Below are positions 1-14,273 of a stretch of DNA of 64,000 nucleotides, piece after piece. The DNA comes from Trichoplax adhaerens. Lineage: Eukaryota > Animalia > Placozoa. The notes under the pieces were generated by a model. It was given only the letters and a program-made list of their open reading frames with translations. It made no database searches and was not told the DNA's origin. Position 1 is the stretch's first letter. The number at the start of each line of letters is the position of its first letter. The position numbers were made by a program, and so were the translations under genes. The stretch lies in NCBI RefSeq assembly GCF_000150275.1, contig NW_002060943.1, positions 3,065,264-3,129,263 on the forward strand. Reading direction: 5' to 3'.

Positions 1-121
1 ACCTTGGAGAAAGCAATTTGCTTTGGAGCGTCATTGAGCAGCCTATGACGTCGACGATGAGGGCTGGTCGTCAATCGACTGGTTGCGCTTTGCTTGTAGT
101 GTATCTTTCTTCCTTAAACTG

Positions 122-1133
122 AGCGAGATTTTATTGCCTTGGCATAACACCAATAACGATCCACTCACTCACTACTCTCTACGTCTGCTTCACGATGACT
201 GCAGTCTATCTGTCATGAAAAATTCTACCTACAAATTCGCGATTTGCAGCAACAAAAATCTCCAGCGCGTTCTACTGACAAATCTTCATTGACACTCTAT
301 TATTATGATCATCAAGGGCAACAACGACCACAGTATGACCGTTAAGGCCACCCAGGGCAACAACGTAAACCACAGTGGCACAGTATGACCGTAAGCCTGA
401 TCTCGACTTGTGTCGAGATCCGGTATGGTACGGAAATGTACCGTGCACAGTGTACAGTGTACAGTGTACAGTGTACAGTACAGTGTACTGGACTCTCAAA
501 AACCATGTCACCCGTCAACCCAGCGAGATTTTATTGCCTTGGCATAACATGAAGGGCGATCCACTCTCTACGTCTGATTAACGATGGCTGTAGTCTATCA
601 GTCATGAAAAATTCTCTATTTGCAGCAACAAAAGTCTCCAGTGTGTTCTACTGACGAATCTTCATTGATACTTTATTATTATCATCAAGGGCAACAACGT
701 AAACCACAGTGGCACATTATGACCGTTAGGCCTGATCTCGACACAAGTCGAGATCAGGTATGGTACGGTACTGTACCGTGTCTAGTGCACAGTGTACAGT
801 GTACTCGACTCTCAAAAACCATGTCACCCGTCAACCCAGCGAGATTTTATTGCCTTGGCATAACGTGAATGGCGATCCACTCTCTACGTCTGATTAACGA
901 TGGCTGTAGTCTATCAGTCATGAAAAATTCTCTATTTGCAGCAACAAAAGTCTCCAGAACGTTCTACTGACGAATCTTCATTATACTTTATTATTATCAT
1001 CAAGGGCAACAACGTAAACCACAGTGGCACAGTATGACCGTAAGCCTGATCTCGACTTGTACGGTACTGTACCGTGTCCAGTGCACAGTGTACAGTACAG
1101 TGTATAGGACTCTGAAAAAAACATGTCACCCGT
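122..1133. repeat. Tandem repeat, 3 copies (units start ~122, ~522, ~838; periods ~400 and ~316 bp), with internal hairpin and TACAGTG mini-array
   Basis: AGCGAGATTTTATTGCCTTGGCATAAC recurs at 122, 522 and 838. Units end in ...ATGTCACCCG. The overlapping short ORFs are near-identical translations of the repeat. Confidence 0.95.
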
Positions 1134-2881
1134 GAAATTGTCCTGCTCATATTAATGGCGATATTAGCAATTGGACGTCCTTAGGGAGATACAATTTCTA
1201 TATCTGGACAGCAGAGAGTACTCCAAATGTTTTTTACTACACATCGGCAGCGTAAATCGCTAGCCTCAAGTACTCTATCGCTGCCATGTAGTCCAGGTAT
1301 GTCCACGATTGTACACTTACAATGTACAGTAGTAAAGACCCCCCCCCCCCCCGTATTAATACAGTACTGAAGAACTGTGCTGGAAGAAGACGCTGCTTTC
1401 TGTTATGCTCAACGTCAAAAAGGAATGGCCACAAGTGGTCTTGATAATGTCTTCAATATGTCATTAACCAGTCATTACTTGTCATCCCATATCGCGCTGT
1501 AGAATTCATGTTGGTCCATGCTGCGTTTTTTAGGAAGCTTTCAGTTGGCATGCATTCAAGTTCTACTGTTTCGGATAATATCATACTGTACAGTGTTGGA
1601 CACTTTGGGGCTATTTCCAATTTTATCGGGATGGAGGAAGAATTCAGGAAACGGAATGGACTGTACCTGTCCAGTGAGTGAGTGTACCATTGACTTTCAA
1701 GACTTACCAATGCAGTAGTGTATCTATTAGCGCAAGAATCGATCACGTCCTTGCTCAGAAATCATCGACATACCGTATACAGCAGTATGTACAGTATATG
1801 CCATCACTTGAGCCTGACGTCAATGGCATAGGCACGGATGTCTATTTCGATTTGACTTGATGTTTCAGTTTATTGCCTGTGCTGCAAGATCAATTAAAAT
1901 TCTCAAGGGTTTATTGATCGCCATGCAGTTTCTGTACTAGTCCCTGCCTCAGTGATATACGTACAGTACTGTAGCAAGATTGGTAAACGATGCTGAACCC
2001 CAGAAATTTTTTTATATAGTATACCAGGTGAACGCAACACCCAACAGTACAGATCAGTAATGCGTCAAAGTGGATACTTTGCATAAATGTACTGTCAACA
2101 TGTAGCATTTCGACTTGTGTGAATTTAGCAATGTAGTGGATTCGCAGCTTTGTACCTTCTGTTGCTGAATGGTCCATGATTAAAATGCTTACAAGTCAAA
2201 TACGGATACGGCATGAATAGTGACCTGCTATCGCTAAATATCAGCTGCTTGCAGAATACGCGTCCATCCAGATTTTAGTAGCTTTATTTATCGCATTCAC
2301 ATTGCAACTTATGAATCCTTACAACGCAATAATGTATAAGCGCGGCACAAAGGATGGCATCATTGTGTACAGTAAGCGACACTTAATGCATTGAATTCCT
2401 ACAATTAAATTCCCTCAATGTTTGAAAAAGTACTACATTAAAATGCGGTAGTTGCAATGAATTAGTTATAACATCAATTAATTGCATGCTAATTCAAAAT
2501 TTTTTTCTTATTTTATATTAGAAGATAATACTCGTATAGAAAGCATAGTCAATTATTGCGTTATGGCATATTCCATTCTTTTTGCACATTTGTAATTGAT
2601 CCAAATTGATGATCGCTTAATGTCTGGCCGGCATGACACCATATCTTCGTTCTTATACCATACCTATAGTAAGTATAAACATGATATTTGCTTGTTAACA
2701 TGGTCAAAAATTACGCGTATGTACGATAATTACCTATATATTGAATGGGGTAGATACTACATCATTCTAGCCTATACACGATTAATTACTACTGCTGAGC
2801 AGACAGAAAGTGTCACTACAGCAATACTGTACTATGTGTTCTCCGTAGAATTGAAATGTCAGTAACTTCTACAGTATTTTC

Positions 2882-4208
2882 TCAAGTAGGAGTCATACCG
2901 TTAAATCGCTTGCACTGTTTTAGAGCATCGTTGAATCCTTCACATAAAGTAATATCATACTGATTTTGAGCGCATTGTAGAAATTGCTGTAATTCCATCT
3001 GGCAAGGTTGCTGTTGTTGCATTTGTTGTTGTTGTTGTTGTTGGGGTGGCGCCTCTTGAGCACTATTGCTGCCAGAAAATCCCCCCGTTAAGGCTGCTCC
3101 AGCGACATGGCCCTACAAAGTACGACATCCAAAATTTGTTCAATTGAACATTTACATAGTAGCTAATTGGCTATGATAGCCACAATCGCTGTTATATATA
3201 TATTACTGTACAAAATAAAATAAAATTTATAGTATTTACACTAATTAACGATACTGATCGTGAGTCCGCAGTCGATCTCCAATACTGTACCTTGTACACA
3301 AGCTTGGATAATTTTTAAATGCGCGTATAGATAAGAAGTAATGCATGATTTAGTTTATCTATGGTTTACAGTAGGTTTCGTTCATGAATAGCGGTTTAAA
3401 TGTACTTCAAGTATAGAGTAATATCGACAAGAAAGTATTTCTTAAAGCCTAGTAGACCACAAGTTGTAGTGTTGTTGGTTTCGCATTGAGGCTAAATTGC
3501 TATTTGGTTTGGGAATGACCAATATGCGCTATCGCGGAAGGCAACAGAATAAGTCATACAATAGAGTATATAAACGTGTCAATTGAGTATTCTTCTTGCC
3601 GATAGTTTGTTCTTGATACGGTTGTATACATTGTGAACTAAAGAGCTTAATTCAGTTTTAAGCCAATTTAGTTGGTCGAATTTTCAGTGAAATGGGAGAA
3701 TTGACTTTATGGTAGTCACAGTCTAAAAGCTGATGTGTCATGGTCTTTTTCTAGTAGTGTACAGTACTGTACTGTACACTACCATCCAGTGTGTGTCCAT
3801 CCATGCGCACTGTACAACTTGTGCCATGTCATCTTTCATCATCATTTTCAGCACTACTTTTGCCCCATTGTCAGACTAATGTAATCCATTCCTATATTTC
3901 AATCCTATCTATTGTAACGTGTGGCGTATAGCATGATGAGCTTAGGAATAACGTTCACTATTAAATTAGTTGAGGTTATCGACTACGGTAGATCGCAATT
4001 ATATCTAGTTATGTTAGCTTGGTTGTATCATTCATCCTACCACAGCAGAACCAACAGCGACTCCAGCCGCTGTTGAAGCCATCTGACCAAATAGTCCGGG
4101 CTGTCTTGGTTGCTGTTGTACTACAGCAGGTTGAGAAGGCTGTGCTGGCCTTGTAGCTGGAACAGAGCTTGTTCGACCAAATCCACCACCACCACGTCTG
4201 CGAGGCAT
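2882..4208 (-). CDS. CHCHD2: CHCHD2/CHCHD10-family mitochondrial twin CX9C protein (2 exons: 4041-4208, 2882-3112; ~132 aa)
   Basis: Manual translation: MPRRRGGGGFGRTSS...PGLFGQMASTAAGVAVGSAV|GHVAGAALTGGF...PCQMELQQFLQCAQNQYDITLCEGFNDALKQC. It has the family's central hydrophobic helix and CX9C-CX9C motif, joined by a GT-AG intron. Missed by the ORF track. Confidence 0.95.
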
Positions 4209-4349
4209 ATCGGCAAAAATAAAGTTACCCTTTTGTAAAACTAGATGCTAATGGGAGCACAAGAAGTTGAATTTGAAGCAACACGTTGAGGAAATGCGTG
4301 AACGAAGCGATGGCTGCTCATATGGGTCGTCGCACGGTATCAAGTTTAC

Positions 4350-5020
4350 AGTACCCTATACTGTAGGTGCTGTTCTCAGTACTGTATTATACGGTACTGT
4401 ACAGTACAGTACGCACAGTGTAAAATACAGTTCTGTACTGTACTGTACTGTAGAAGAATTACTGTACAGTACTGTACACTGTACACGTACTGTACAAAGT
4501 AATGACGTACTGTACTGTACTGTACCGTACAGTATCTGTCCAAAAGGACGAATCTACCTGTACTGTAATCCTTTTGCTTGTTTTTGTTTTTTCCTTTCGG
4601 TTAAGTGAATAGGCCATGTCTATCAATCATAGACTATGATAGAGATATGCATCCTTTGCTGTAAACCACAGCAGTGACCAGAGTAAGTGTGAACTGTATG
4701 AGTAGGCGATTCATGCTCTGATCAGAGCTCAAATCATACTGTGTGTACTGTACTAGTGTACTGTACTGTACGTAGTCACCTAGTGCTACCGTATAAGAAA
4801 ATGGTTGTCTTTTCAGCTATCAAGTTTTACCACCAGTTACAGTACTGTACTGTACTGTACAGTACTTGCACGGACTTCTACAGTACATGTACTGTAATGT
4901 CAATTTCGAGAGTCCAGCCTACCGTACGGTACTGCGCAGTAGCAGACATCTCCTCACCTACTGTACTGTACTGTACGTAGTCACCTGGTGCATCTTCAGA
5001 CTTGCTATACTGTACGGTGC
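4350..5020. repeat. TACTG/CAGTA pentamer-rich low-complexity tract in the CHCHD2-ANKFY1 divergent intergenic region
   Basis: Dense runs of tactgtactg / acagtacagt, including palindromic TACTGTACAGTA. The direct repeat tactgtactgtacgtagtcacct occurs at ~4759 and ~4964. Confidence 0.85.
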
Positions 5021-6060
5021 TGCGCAATACTAGGCATTTCCTCGCAAGCGATTGGGGCTGGTCCTGTAAACTTTCGAAATATGGCTGGTAGGTGACAAAG
5101 TTGCTAGAACTAAATTCATTGTTACATCTTTCTTTCCAATGGCGAATATTCATAGTATTGCATTCATTCTATAATTATACAGCGTTTATGTAAAAATGAT
5201 TGGTTCAAATATCATGTCTATTGTATCCGATCACTGCATCAAGAGAGCGCTTCTTCGTAGCATTCATACTGCATTCATCTCCGTTCTGACGAACAGCAAT
5301 TCATGCATTGAATTGAATTAAATCCATAGTTAGCATTAAAATAACTCTAGTCTAAAAATCGAAATCCAATCTTGCTACCATCAAATTGTAAACATGTGTA
5401 TAGTACTGTAGAGGGTTAGCTAGTTATGCTTCTAATGTGTACCCAAAGCTTTGAAAAACACTATCTCGACCTTAGCGCAGGTGTACCAGTGATAGCGTCA
5501 GCTACACCTATGTAATTTTCCACCGGTCGATACGTACAACGATATTCGCCAACGTACACCAGCTTATCCTATGGTAGGTATGACTTATTGCACTAAAGCA
5601 ACTAGCACTAAATACTTGAAATGAAATCATCAAATGATCCGTGTGTCGAGACATTCTCATAGGAGACACTGGAGTCAATGATTGATAACGTCGACGATTA
5701 CATTATAGATTAGAATACGCGTCTTTGACACTCATAGGATGTAACCTACAGTATCTCCAATAGCCCTTGCGGTCATCAAACTGAAAATTCAATACCTACT
5801 ATTATTACAGTATTGTAGTATCACAAAGAGTCAATTGGTGAACATAAAAGCAACACTTAGCTATTAAAAAGCAAGGTGGAATCGCGCTGATGTAATATCA
5901 CCGAATCATCATCAATCATCATGTCATAAATTGTTGATAACGATATGTGCAATGTTCATGGTACGTACTGTACTGCCCTGGGTGCAAGGAAGTACGACCT
6001 AGTTGGCAAATAATATGATACCACTGTAGTATTCATGACCATTTGTTTACCATTCTTTAG

Positions 6061-9000
6061 CTGTGCCTATACCGTTGGCTGATTCACAAAAAGAAGTAGG
6101 AAAATTACAAAATCACTTGTCTTTGCTTCGCCAGCAATATGTCAAGTTGCAAGCTAAACTTTCCAAAACTGAAGAGAAGTATAATGCCTTGCTAGCAGTC
6201 CATGGCGGCGATGGAAAAGCCAATACAAACTTTCAACTTCAATTAATCAAACAAGTTGGTGATTTATATAACACTGAAGATTACAGGTAAGCCTGCGGCT
6301 GTATCCAATACCATCATCGAATGAAACACATCGCTACGTTACGTTAATAGAAGTATAAAAAGATTCAAGATAATAACTTAGTGTAATCAAGCAAGTCGTT
6401 AACAAAGCTACATTTATTGAAATGTATTGAACGTAATCATATTATCCGTCTTTTAGCGATATAGCCATCCGTTATAAGGGTGGTCAGCTATTTGGCCATA
6501 AACTGGTGTTAAGTATTCGTTCAACAGCTTGGTCTGAACGCCCACTAAGCGAAATTCAACAATTGGATATTTTCGATTTTCGAGAAGATGTTGTCCGCTG
6601 CTTATTTCAATGGGTATACAAAGATGTAGTCCACTTACCTAACGATAGTGACGACGATTTTACGCTGCAGTTAGTTGCTGCAGCCAATAAATTTGTTTTG
6701 AATAATTTAAAAGAAAAGTAAGTCTATCTATAACTTTTGTTATGCAAAAACATTAAGATAGTCAATGCAAGTGTTTGATGCAGGATTGGAGTATTACATG
6801 TGATCTCACATCAATCGATTGCAATAATCAAATCATGCCATAACAAGAAGGCTAACGGGTAACTTTTCTCAATGATACTCCACTATAGATGTGAACAAGC
6901 ATTGATGTCCCATGTAACGGTCAGCAACTGTATTCGATATTATCAAACAGCCAATGATATCGGTGCTATGGAATTAAAAAACTATTGCGCTGAGCTTATA
7001 GCCAATCATTGGGTGAGAGCACTTTATTAAGACTAGAGCTATAACATGTTCTATCTTCAGCTGTAGTGTTCATGATATTTGTAGACATCATTTCATACTG
7101 CACTGCTATATAAAGTTTTTCTTTAATATGCAGGATGATTTCGAGACTGCCCATTTTGAATTGATTAGAGCGGAGCTAGTTTACGAAATGTTTAAAAATA
7201 AATCTCGCTACCCATTGCATATGGCTATTAAACATAAACGCGAAGATGTCGTCTTTATTTACCTGGTTGAAAATAGCGTCAGCGTAAGTCATTTTTTTAT
7301 CTTGTCACTGACGATAACCTTACAAAGCCAAGCCTACGTTATTTATTCTAACCTTTTTTATAAAGGAATGAATAATTTAAATTATTTTGCATTTTCAGCT
7401 ATCTCGAACTCTTAATGAACGGGATGAGACTTCAAAGATTACACCATTAGGCTTAGCACTTCAACTGAAGCAGGAAGCTATCGCTAAACAATTAGTAGCT
7501 CATGGATGTGATGTAAACCTACCTGATGACGATGGAAAGTGTCTATTGCATCATGCTATCGAATGTGATGATGATTATGGTGCTTGTTTCCTTATCGAAA
7601 ACGGTGCAAATGTTAATTATCCGACTATAGTTACAAAAGATACACCTTTGCATTTGGTTTGCTCAAAAAAACCAAAATCCCAATCAACCAAGATTATACC
7701 TGGAACTGATTTGCTGTCCATGGATATTTTAACTTTCAGCGGTGGCATGGATAAAGTTACAACGGACTTAATTAATAAAGGCTGTAATGTAAATGCGCAA
7801 GATTGCCTAGGAAGGTATTTTCAACATTTTTACATTTACCCTTGGCGATAATTTAATTAAATATCGGTCAATATTATTATCCAAATAATCAAAACTTGTA
7901 AAAAGTTTGTTGGTTACTGTGCGTGTCTAAGCCTTTTACATTACCTTTAGAACGCCCTTACACAAAGCAATTGAAAGTGATAATGAAAATGCATTTGAAT
8001 CGATATTATCAAGTGGCCAACGGTAATTCTATTACACTATCAGAATTATTAACGTAACATAAACATAGCATACTGTATGTATATAATCTGTTAGCGTTAA
8101 CTATTAATCCATTCTCTTTTTATTATTATTTATGCAGGCCTGACTTAACGATTCGTGATAGTAATGGACGAACAGTGTTATGGCTTGCATTAACTCACTT
8201 ACCAAAGGATGTAAACCAACATGAAGGTTCATTCGCAGCTAAATTATTACGACATGATTGCAGTCCTGATTATATTGATCCATTATCCGGCAATTCATTA
8301 CTACATGCTGCAGCTGCCAGTGGACTAGAAACTGCTGGATTGTTTCTTGTTTCACATCATGCACAAATGAATATTATTAATAGTAGTGGTGAGACCCCTT
8401 TGCACATTGCAGCACGAAATGGCTTAGGAGATTTAGTTGCGACATTGTTATCGATGGGTGCTGACCCCAATGTAGCTTCCTATCCATCACTATCAGGTTT
8501 AGATGATGTTCATCTTGGTCTTGAGGTAGACGGATCGAAGGATGTTAACACTACCGCCAAACAGGAATCAGTTGTTGCGGTACCTGAGTGTGGTTTAAGA
8601 ACACCTTTACATTACGCAGTTTTAAGTAAAAGGGTGAATGTTGTGAATTGTATCTTGAAGCACAAAGGTTAGTATCTACATTTGTAATCATCGCTAAATG
8701 TATAATATGATGTAGTCTTTCGTTGAAATCGGTGTATGAAGCATAGAGGATAGCTTTAAATATTTAACAATCTATTATTTTGACATTTTTAGCAAACACA
8801 ATGTCATTTGGCAACAGTGGTCTTGTTATTTCTCCTAATCTTAATGTGAGAGATGAAAAAGATCAGACGCCATTGTCTCTAGCTGTTTGGATAAGCGAAT
8901 ATGACATAGCAATAGACTTATTAAGAGCCGGGGCAGATATAGAATGCCAGATGTCTAATGGTCTTACATTGCTGCATTGCTGTATCTTGCGTAATGACTT

Positions 9001-11688
9001 AACTGGGGCTATATTTTTATTGCGTAATTCTGCTCGAATTGATATAAAGTATGAAGCTTATGACCTACACGATATTAAGTCTTATAGCCACAGAAAATGA
9101 TTTTTAATTAAGTAAAGATTATTATTGTGCTCAATAGGACTAAACAAGATAAAACGATATTGCAAATGGCAATTGAAAAAGAGCTAGGACCTGTCGTCGA
9201 GAATCTTTGCCAACTCGGTGCTGACGTTAACGGGGCTGATAAAGACGGAAATACACCGTTATGGATGGCTATTCGCAGCAAACAGTTTGACATAGCCTCG
9301 ATTTTGGTACAGCATAAATTAGTTGTATAACTTGTAATTATATCTCTGTAAGTGATTATATTCTAAAGACTGTATTGAATTATATGTTATTGTCATGTTT
9401 TAAAGGTACAAAATAGATGTGATACCAATGCTTGGTGTATTGGACCTAACGGTGGTAAAATAAATCTACTGCATCGAGCTATTTCTAGTATGGATGAAGA
9501 GGCTGCTTGTTTCTTGGTACGTAGTGGCTCGGACATCAACACGCCATGTCTTATAGCTTCTAATGATGGCAAGCAAATAACTAGTCCTCCTTTACATCTT
9601 GCTTGTAGAGCAAGTATGGATAAATTGGTGCAAAGTCTATTTGAACATGGTGTTGATGTAAATACTCAGGTAATATCACGTTGAAAATGTTATGCAATCT
9701 TAATAGCTTTAATAATTATTTTAAGTTACGTGGAGTAGCTAATATTAAATTATATAACAAAACATGCTTTTTCAGGATACTATTGGTCGTGCTGCAATCC
9801 ATATTGCAATTGAGAATAAAGATGGATTTATAACTTCTTTTCTTTTGAGTCATCCAGCCATAGACCTTAGTATTCGCGATAGCAGTGGTCGTACACCTTT
9901 TGCTGTTGCCATGACTAACAAAGATACCACGTCGGCCTCAACTATTCTTGCAAGAGATCCAACTGCTGCTGATCAGGCAAATACAATAATAATACTTGAA
10001 TATTCTTAATTTAATATATTTTTTTATTATTTACTGATTTAACGTGAAAACTGATACACTATATCTGTAAAAATTTTTACCTATAGTTTGATAGCCGGGG
10101 TCGAAATTTCATGCATATAGCCGTATTATCTGACGATAATGACGCAGTGGCTTTCTTAGTTGGTGTAAATGCTAATCTAAATTCAAAAACAAGAAATAGT
10201 GATCAGAATGCTCCTCTACATTTAGCTGCTATACGAAATTCCGAGAATATTTGCCGAAGTTTGGTAAATTAACAATTAGCTACAATATTTTATTTTTTGA
10301 CTTACTTAATTGAGAATTTAAAATACTACCTTTCTTTCGTAGCTTCAAGCTGGAGCAGACGTTAATGCGATTACAGGAGCTAGTGAAACGGCTTTGCATC
10401 TGGCAGCTACTCATAACCACACGAATGTTATAGAAATTTTGTTAGATTTCCAGGCGGATTGGAACAGAGTTGATGGCGATGGTAACAACGGTAAGACTTC
10501 AGTATAGTTGTATTCAATATTTCATTCTGCACTATTTTTTCTTACTAGAGATGATATTATTGTATTAGCTCTTCATGTTGCGGTACAAGAAGGAAATTTA
10601 GAAGCAGTTGAGATGTTGATGGATAAAACACAAATTGACATCAATGCTGTAAACAGAAAGTAAGCCTAAAGAATTTTTTTTGCAATGTTCTAAAACTTTA
10701 TTTAATAAAACTTTTGAAAATTTCAGGGGTCGAACGCCATTAATAGTTTTAGCAAAATATGGTCAAGATCAAGCTGTTAGTTTATTTAGAATCTTAAAAG
10801 ACTTTAGCCTTGGATTACAACTAGATGCTGTCGATCCCGATGGTAATACCGGTAAGACTGTAATAATATCATAACGCTTAATGTATTTAAGGAATGTGCA
10901 TTGTTGTCCAAGTTATAGAATTGAGATGTTATCTTATCTTTGTGACAGCTTTATATTATGCATACTGCAACGGCAATGGGAATTTATGTAAAGTTTTAGT
11001 TCAAGCTGGAGCTCGCATCGCAACGGTAAATGCATATGGAGACTCGATATTTAATTTTCAAACTGCGACAAAGAAATTGCTTCATACCTTACTAGGTAAG
11101 TATTATAGTTATAGTTCGTTTATGTATATATATGTTACGTATACATTAACAATTAATACAGTATTATACAATTAATGTGATAATATATAAACCAAGGTTG
11201 CTAATGAATCTATGCATACATTAGCAATAGTTGAAATTGCTTTTATCCTTTGCCGTGTTAAACTTCTATTTGATGGTCTAGTCATTTTTTGTAATTATTA
11301 TTTTATAGATATGATAGATAGAGAACCTGCATGGATCGATGGCACTCATTGTCATAACTGTATGGCAAAATTTACAGTTACAACTCGAAAGCACCACTGG
11401 TATTATGATACCTCTTATGATACTTCTTGTACTAACGAGAGTTTGTCTTGATATTCTGATAAAATAACTTTGTACAGTATATTAATTTAACCTTGTAGTT
11501 ATGTTATAAAGTACCTACCTGTAAGAGCTTTTTTAACTGTAAATTTATTAATGCTTTTCAGTCGCCATTGCGGTCGTGTCCTTTGTGGAAAGTGTTCGTC
11601 TCGTCAAGTTCCTATTCTCAAATTTGATATTGGAAAAGCTGTCCGTGTTTGTGAAGTTTGTGCAAATGTACTGACTCAAAGCGAATGA
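6061..11688 (+). CDS. ANKFY1: Rabankyrin-5 (coiled-coil, BTB, ankyrin repeats, C-terminal FYVE), multi-exon; first coding exon probably upstream (possibly 5945-5960)
   Basis: N-terminal EVGKLQNHLSLLRQQYVKLQAKL, BTB segment, and many ankyrin repeats (TPLHIAA, TPLHYAV, TPLWMAI). FYVE: WIDGTHCHNCMAKFTVTTRKHH|CRHCGRVLCGKCS...VRVCEVC. Stop TGA at 11686-11688. Confidence 0.95.
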
Positions 11689-13418
11689 TGAAATACGTAA
11701 TAAACACTACGTTCAAAAAATTGAACAGAATTTTACAGTATTGGCATTGGATAGTGTTCTGACAGATCAATTATCTGAATACATTCATAAATTTAGAATG
11801 AAATAGGATCAATTTGTACCAATTTTGATAATTATTATTTAACTTTTCTTTAATCCTTCCAGTCATATCCAATAAATCTTTAACCAGCAGGACTAACTAA
11901 CATTTCCTATATCAAGCAATTGTACAAATAAGGCTAAACTTATTACTACTGTTATGAATTTCTGCCGATCGACCTTTAGGTACAACAAAAATTGTTTATC
12001 ATTTATGACTACTTTGCAGTTAGTTAATTTCTGACAGATGTTTATCTAATTTAGTACTGTTACACAGTACGATATCGTTCTGTTTTCAATTTTTATTAGT
12101 ACAGTATATTTTGAATACTTATATACTGTATATACGTATATATATCTTATGTAATTGCGGGTTTACTAAAATAAACCATAAAATTAATTTTTATCCCAAA
12201 AAATTATCTTTATTTGCTGGTCATTTCAGTTGGCAACGGAAGCGATGACATATGAAAATATGAAATCTTAACTACTGTACGAAGATAGGTAGTTATGACC
12301 CGATATAAGTGTAGATGCATCGTTAATATGTGGCAAGAACAGAATTGCCAATAGTATGCAAAGCGAATTGATAGTGCTTACTGTACAGTATATACAAAAG
12401 CAAGCTTGATAATCAAAAAATGCTGCAACAATTACAACTAAATATGAAATAACATTGATAAGTGCAGTACGTAATAATCTATTTAGCTACTTAGATCACA
12501 AATTTACAACACAGATATTTTGTCAGGAATTACGATTTATTGTGATTGTACGAAAATAGAGTTATCTTTCATAGCAATCCTACTTGAAATCCGAAGCTAA
12601 TGCTAACGATGGCACTAAGCTTCAAACAATAGTAAAAACATATCGTTGAATCTGAACAATCGACTGCAATCATGTAAAATTAATCTATTTAGTAATTTAA
12701 AAAGGTAATTTTGAAATCACTTAAATAATGTATTAGAATTTATTAAGCAATATTAGGAAAATCTTAGTATATTACACGCAAGGGATGATATCAAAAAATT
12801 GTGACCTATTGGGGCAATATTGCAATAAATCAGTGCAGAGTTAGCACAATTAATAGCAGTAAGAATCAATTTTAATAAAACAGCGTCAAACTTTTCAAGA
12901 CTTAAGGTTAGGCGGATATCTCTCTGAGCTATACTCTAACAATATTCGCACTCCCTTTTTGGTTCGTTATCAAGAATTAATTTTATCGGATACGCACACG
13001 AAGGAAAGTTACATTTTGATGAAATTTATAAATTAAGTCAAAGCTGTTGATAAAAGGTCTTTAGACTGTAAAATAGAGATAATCAACGAATTAAATAATT
13101 ATTGCATCTATAGCTCATCTGTACATATCTCATTGACGGTCGGGTAACTATAATTATTTCAATTTAACAAGATTGCTAACTACACCCGTACATTTATTTA
13201 TCCCAGTCATAGTTGGCAATACGATCTTCCCGTATATACCTGACTGTTACTTCCATATAATAATTATTGTAATAATAATCTAATAGCGTAAAAAAAAATT
13301 GATTTTAACTGCTTTTAAATTAATTCATGCAAGAATGAGTCCATCATGAATAATAAAATAAATTTAGTAATATCATAGCTAATTCTATTACACTACACTA
13401 GTTACTATCGATATATCG

Positions 13419-14273
13419 TCAGTGATAAAACCAATATGTCTTGCTTTTATCTTGTTGTTGAGATCGTTCGGAAATTAAAGCTGCTCGCAATTGCTCCCAA
13501 TCATTTATCCCCTTACGAATTCGATCGCTAATTTCTTCATGCATCTCTTCAAATGATCTACATTTACCTCGATAGCCACTACCTTTATTACTGCTGTTGT
13601 GGAACACTAAACGACTACCAGCTTGGCTTGCGGGTAGACTATCATCAACTGCAGCATCTGTATTTGTACTGTAATGATCCTCTACTAAATCTAATAATGA
13701 ATTATTAAGATTGGGAAGATCATTAGTAGAAGACGGTGATGGAATGACTAAATCGACTACATTGCCCTCTTGCTGATCATGGTGGACATAATCAGACATT
13801 ACGGGTTGTACCTGAATTTCATCTAAAATTGGGACTTTTGTTTCCGCTAACGCTGCATTTCTATAATTCAATGTCGGTAATGTCCGAAGCTCTTTGATTT
13901 GTCTGTCTAAATCGTTGGCTAAATCCCTCATATAATCATAAGACGAACGCGCTAAAGCCTGCATCCATGATTCCATATCTTCTCTGTTTTCAGCGGAAAA
14001 AGTCCATGTACGAGTATTCTCGCCAGCAAAACATAATAAAAATCCATAAGTATTATTTGGATCACGGCTAACTACATATCCTTCTAAGACAACAACACCG
14101 ATAGGTTCACGAGAATATTGCTTTTCAAAGTAGAAAAGTAAATTTCCCGTTAATACAAACCATCGACGTTGCAAGCTACGGTTGATCTCACCCTTTTTAT
14201 ATAAGAAGCCTTGCTTGTCTACATGCTCAAAATTATTAGCTAAATGAATAATACTTTTATCGTTGATCTTCAT
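13419..14273 (-). CDS. PHETA1: Sesquipedalian/IPIP27 (PH domain endocytic trafficking adaptor), single coding exon
   Basis: PH domain (KQGFLYKKGE...RRWFVLTGNLLFYF...DMESWMQAL), coiled coil, and C-terminal F&H motif SFEEMHEEI (13530-13556). Confidence 0.9.
   Translation of the reverse strand: MKINDKSIIHLANNFEHVDKQGFLYKKGEINRSLQRRWFVLTGNLLFYFEKQYSREPIGVVVLEGYVVSRDPNNTYGFLLCFAGENTRTWTFSAENREDMESWMQALARSSYDYMRDLANDLDRQIKELRTLPTLNYRNAALAETKVPILDEIQVQPVMSDYVHHDQQEGNVVDLVIPSPSSTNDLPNLNNSLLDLVEDHYSTNTDAAVDDSLPASQAGSRLVFHNSSNKGSGYRGKCRSFEEMHEEISDRIRKGINDWEQLRAALISERSQQQDKSKTYWFYH

Noticed and set aside
3-118. Possible minus-strand exon (…ATG ACG CTC CAA…CCAAG|GT) of a gene extending left of the window
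   Set aside because: Only ~10 codons with no recognisable homology; cannot be supported from this window.
83-1150. Short ORFs in the left tandem repeat
   Set aside because: They are redundant translations of non-coding repeat units in different frames and strands.
1237-2177. Possible gene or transposase remnant (ORFs 1453-1746, 1911-2177)
   Set aside because: No recognisable domain or consistent exon chain.
4267-5153. ORFs rich in YCTV/VQYS
   Set aside because: Artefacts of the TACTG pentamer repeats; the same applies to 46342-47227.
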